This document shows positions 58,001-60,430 of a stretch of DNA of 60,430 bases, piece by piece. Both the position numbers and the translations under genes were made by a program. The notes beneath the pieces are model-generated. The model was given only the letters and a program-made list of their open reading frames with translations, was not told where the DNA came from and did not search any database. Numbering within the stretch: position 1 is the first letter of the stretch; every line of letters starts with the position of its first letter. The stretch is from a virus (lineage: Duplodnaviria > Caudoviricetes), in the IMG/VR virus record IMGVR_UViG_3300009151_000080, positions 1 to 60,430 of that record, one strand, 5' to 3'.

Positions 58001-58079
58001 GTCAAGTGGTAATGTCTCTAAGTATGTTGATGAGATAAGAACCGGTGAGAGTCCACTTAAAAGGGACAAGAAAAAATAA
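55014..58079 (+). CDS. Probable tape measure protein
   Basis: 1021 aa, A/I/L/G-rich with repeated hydrophobic units and YP...W repeats; ATATATAC upstream. Confidence 0.65.
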   Translation: MDKKLLDALNNLSVALQQIADSLDPKKKKTSSIGNALSTNNIDKKLKSIDAGIKQIQSDNKQIIKNQEKILSGQQTLLSLSKKQPTKVSPLDKVTDPNQDSGIKGGLGTVLMIAAGVLAIGLAFKIIGNVNVMSVLAIALALPLIAMAFEEIAKMKDLKPEQMKNLVKVSVAMATAITLSSWILAFVIPISISQLGTSIAIAAMFTVVSYGLNNILKNIKDIKPAQIKNLALVMAAVSLAIVASSLILNFVIPVSPGQLITSILIAGMFTAVSYGFDKLLTGLRKVKTTDLANLAILPLIMLAISVAIVASSVILQGVIPISLPQLATAIVIAAMFGVISLGMGKMLEGLRDIQPQDYAILEELPVIFTLFSIAIVISSAILQAVRPVNLFKLLTAVAIAAAFVVISYSIKPLMEGIKGVSLKDIAIGGLVLVSITLAIVAASWILMGMAPIKFSTVILFATTALAIAVSSVALAIAFKLINAIGKPVEYALGGLSVLIIAGVIALSSRILSLGDYKEGSYPGIGWTLGVGLSLVLFGGATLLLGMLVMETGGTALAVLALGALAMGMVALTIVGISQILKLGDYKEGNYPSIGWSMGVGLALYPLAFSAMLIGALVLTGVGAVALGVGLLTMYGIAKTVVKIAKLFNGVNWSKYPDVKWAKGVGTSLSAFGKIMGDVGLKGILLNKIGAIFGTGPEDLADQMIKVDKKFADAGDTAFTKYPNQDWANNVGGLLLKFAELQTSGGVGGFVAGLTGNLKRTAQSIVDVDKKLAEGNYTKYPKSDWSTSVATLLKSFADASSSSSLGDALKNKLTGSPFTAIAQNIVDVSKKLSEGKYTNGMPGDYMTSLANNIKSFIEVSNLLDNSKLGNVNNTVDNIKKISDGYSELAKGLNKIGGELSKIDTDKLQALKNLTGSIVLMSLMDSDQFEKMMSALEDKAKIFVGVMNDLDGGESKGLKTGTSAVKTPSGGTANNQKTINDLYLVMSSVDASLSSIAKSSGNVSKYVDEIRTGESPLKRDKKK

Positions 58080-58109
58080 ACATTAGTTTATTTTTAAATA
58101 TAAATTAAT

Positions 58110-58523
58110 ATGAAAAAAATATCACTATATTTCGAATATCGAAGATCTCTTGGTAAGATTAAGAAACAACTGATGTCACAATACTCAGCTCGTGTTGATC
58201 GAGTTGGTAGAATCTACACAGTAATAAATATACCAGTGGAGTTAGTAGAACCATATAATATGAGAAAATCTGATATCGATAGCGTGGCACAAAACTTTGT
58301 TAGAGAGTACACGTCAGCATTATCTAATTTCCTAAATTCAAATGGATTACTTGAGCTATATGACTTTTACGATATAGAAAAGGTGGAAAAGTATAGTTAC
58401 TTAATAGTATTTGGATTTTCCATATTCAATACTCAGAAGGTAGCAAAAAATCTACTTTTCTGGGGATTACCTATTTTAACAATAACTACACTTTTAACTT
58501 GGTTATATTTTAGATACCACTAA
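58110..58523 (+). CDS. Hypothetical protein with C-terminal TM
   Basis: 137 aa ORF. Confidence 0.65.
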   Translation: MKKISLYFEYRRSLGKIKKQLMSQYSARVDRVGRIYTVINIPVELVEPYNMRKSDIDSVAQNFVREYTSALSNFLNSNGLLELYDFYDIEKVEKYSYLIVFGFSIFNTQKVAKNLLFWGLPILTITTLLTWLYFRYH

Positions 58524-58566
58524 ACTTTTATCAGTTATATAGTTATAATATAAAAATATAAATATT

Positions 58567-58998
58567 ATGGCTGACGAAAGTAAGTATTATGAACTCTGTC
58601 AAGAGACAGAAAACATTTTTATGAAATGCTTTAACAAAAAAGCAATACCATTCAAGTTAGGTTTACAATTTGTGGGATGTGACCAAAAAATGTTGATTAA
58701 GATTAGTAAACTCCCTGACCAATACGCATTTCTTTTAAACAATGATTTACTTATCAGTATCAATGATAAGTTGATGAGTGTATTTGACGATGAATCTATC
58801 CAAATCCTTATGGAGCAAGAGATTGATAAAATATCAATCAATATGGATAATGGAAAAATTAAAATGGTTAAACCAGATTTAACAACTTTTTCAAGTCTTA
58901 TTAATAAATATGGTATAGACAAGATTACCAAGGCGAACCAAGTTCAGGAACTTTATGCTGAACAAAAACAAGACGCGGAAGAAGATTTTCTCGTTTAA
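58567..58998 (+). CDS. Phage metallopeptidase-like fold lacking HExxH
   Basis: DLLISIN...ILMEQEIDKI...KPD...F..LI.KYG; QEIDK sits where HEL.H is expected. Confidence 0.45.
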   Translation: MADESKYYELCQETENIFMKCFNKKAIPFKLGLQFVGCDQKMLIKISKLPDQYAFLLNNDLLISINDKLMSVFDDESIQILMEQEIDKISINMDNGKIKMVKPDLTTFSSLINKYGIDKITKANQVQELYAEQKQDAEEDFLV

Positions 58999-59018
58999 TA
59001 TAAAATAAAATAAATAAT

Positions 59019-59732
59019 ATGGAAAAACAAGTTTTAGAAACAAATGTGGTAAAACCAAGTTTATCTATCTTTGAGAACGAACAAGAACATCGTTTAATCT
59101 CAGTTGAAACTGAGACTAATCTAGATTCTAAGATCGCAGATATAGAAAACTTTATGAGTAATAATACCGGGAAAGGTAAAAGCGAACTAGAAAAGGATAA
59201 CCTTTATGGCGAAGCTAAAGAACTTTGGAATAAGTATGCTGAAGAATTAAGAAATGTAAACTACACTTTCTATCTTAACAGAAAGCAGTATCAGTTCATA
59301 ACTGACTTATTACTAGACGGTTTGGAATATGATGTTAATACTATATTCCTAGCTATTGAACTAACTGAAATGTTGGGAGAGTGGAAGAATACAGGATCTG
59401 CTAAAGATGATAAAAGCGTACAGGGATATATATCTGACGCAACTGAAATCACATACATATATCACTTAATAGCAAAACATAAAGTTAAGGGTCTAAAAAA
59501 TGCATCTTATCGTTTTGCTGAGGTTCTTAAAAGAATTGGAAACATTTCAAAGGTTATCGCTTACTACGATACTCACGCTAAGAATCTTTCTAAAGATATA
59601 CAAGACTGGGTAGCTTCTTTTGAAGACGGTGTCTTTATAGAAGGAAAGGACTGGGGTAAAACACCAGAAGCTTCTACAGAAAGTACAGAACCAAAAAAAG
59701 GTAAGAAGAAAACCGAAACAACTCAAGCATAA
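59019..59732 (+). CDS. Hypothetical helical protein
   Basis: 237 aa ORF followed by a terminator. Confidence 0.7.
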   Translation: MEKQVLETNVVKPSLSIFENEQEHRLISVETETNLDSKIADIENFMSNNTGKGKSELEKDNLYGEAKELWNKYAEELRNVNYTFYLNRKQYQFITDLLLDGLEYDVNTIFLAIELTEMLGEWKNTGSAKDDKSVQGYISDATEITYIYHLIAKHKVKGLKNASYRFAEVLKRIGNISKVIAYYDTHAKNLSKDIQDWVASFEDGVFIEGKDWGKTPEASTESTEPKKGKKKTETTQA

Positions 59733-59733
59733 T

Positions 59734-59761
59734 AAGAAACCCTCTCAATAGAGGGTTTCTT
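59734..59761. terminator. Bidirectional terminator
   Basis: aagaaaccctct/agagggtttctt. Confidence 0.75.
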
Positions 59762-59764
59762 ATT

Positions 59765-60430
59765 TTAAGGACCTGGTGTTAATATAGGTATTATTGGGAC
59801 AAACGGACCAAGTGGGTCAAGATTGGTTATACCCGTAAATAAATCATTTAATCCTCTAACTTCATAGTTCTTTTTAGAAGTATAGTTCTGACCATATCCA
59901 TTATCACTAGTTACTTCTATTGTAATGAATGGATCAATATTAGAATCTATTGTAAAGTTAAATGACTGAGTACCGGTTCTATATTCTGTTATTGTCTGAA
60001 CAGGTACGAATGGAACAAATTTCCATTCAGTAACATCCGTCCAACTGGCAAACGAACCATTGGCTAAAATATCCTGTAAAGGTGTTGTTGAAGACTGTGT
60101 ACCAACAGTATTATACCAAGACTGTGTACCTATATATTCATAGATATTTTGACTATAGTTTGTAAACTGTCCTAATATATAATCAGTATTTAGATTAAAA
60201 GAAGGTATTGACTCATACTTTCTTGGATTCTTTAACTTATTATTATCTATAACAGACTCATAAACCTTACCATAATAAGTAACATTATCACCTATACTAT
60301 AAGTATTAAATGGATACCACTCAAGATAAGTCTTATAAGTTCTTACCTTAACAGTAAAGTAATCAGGTATATTATCATCAGCTACATAGAAATCAACATG
60401 ACATGTATATACTGTACTACCACTATTAAC
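59765..60430 (-). CDS. 3' part of a probable structural protein with a CBM5/12-like motif
   Basis: Frame read by hand from the window end, stop TAA at 59765-59767; EWYPFNTYSIGDNVTYYGKVYES. Confidence 0.6.
   Translation of the reverse strand, partial: VNSGSTVYTCHVDFYVADDNIPDYFTVKVRTYKTYLEWYPFNTYSIGDNVTYYGKVYESVIDNNKLKNPRKYESIPSFNLNTDYILGQFTNYSQNIYEYIGTQSWYNTVGTQSSTTPLQDILANGSFASWTDVTEWKFVPFVPVQTITEYRTGTQSFNFTIDSNIDPFITIEVTSDNGYGQNYTSKKNYEVRGLNDLFTGITNLDPLGPFVPIIPILTPGP

Noticed and set aside
1-60430. Alternative genetic code (stop-codon recoding seen in some large phages)
   Set aside because: Conserved genes are full length in code 11, and TAG/TGA terminate plausible genes

Overview
AT-rich, densely coding 60.4 kb segment of a large (jumbo-type) myovirus with a T4-like virion module, in standard genetic code. 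It encodes a gp23-like major capsid, a gp21-like protease fused to a repeat-rich scaffold, a gp20 portal, gp17/gp16-like terminase subunits, a 1270-aa gp18 tail sheath, gp15, gp25, gp2 and gp4 homologues, a tape measure protein, tail-fibre-like genes, a gp55-like late sigma factor and a clamp loader. Accessory genes include a tmRNA, an NFACT-R domain protein, ClpS, a bacterial-type PARG, a 2H phosphoesterase, two M28 peptidases, ThyA, Fpg/Nei and several homing endonucleases. TAnnTTTG promoters, DUF6576-like tails and Gln-after-cleavage signal peptides point to a Bacteroidota host (inference). The main unexplained structure is as follows. About 15 unrelated genes share an N-terminal M-K-[HY]-[LI]-x-x-F-x-E leader and an ATATATA promoter, resembling a greatly expanded capsid-targeting/cargo system. 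Three promoter classes can be read from the DNA. Several enzyme folds have lost their catalytic residues. There is also a possible ribosome-rescue/proteolysis hijack set. All family calls are by-eye motif recognition; no database search was run.
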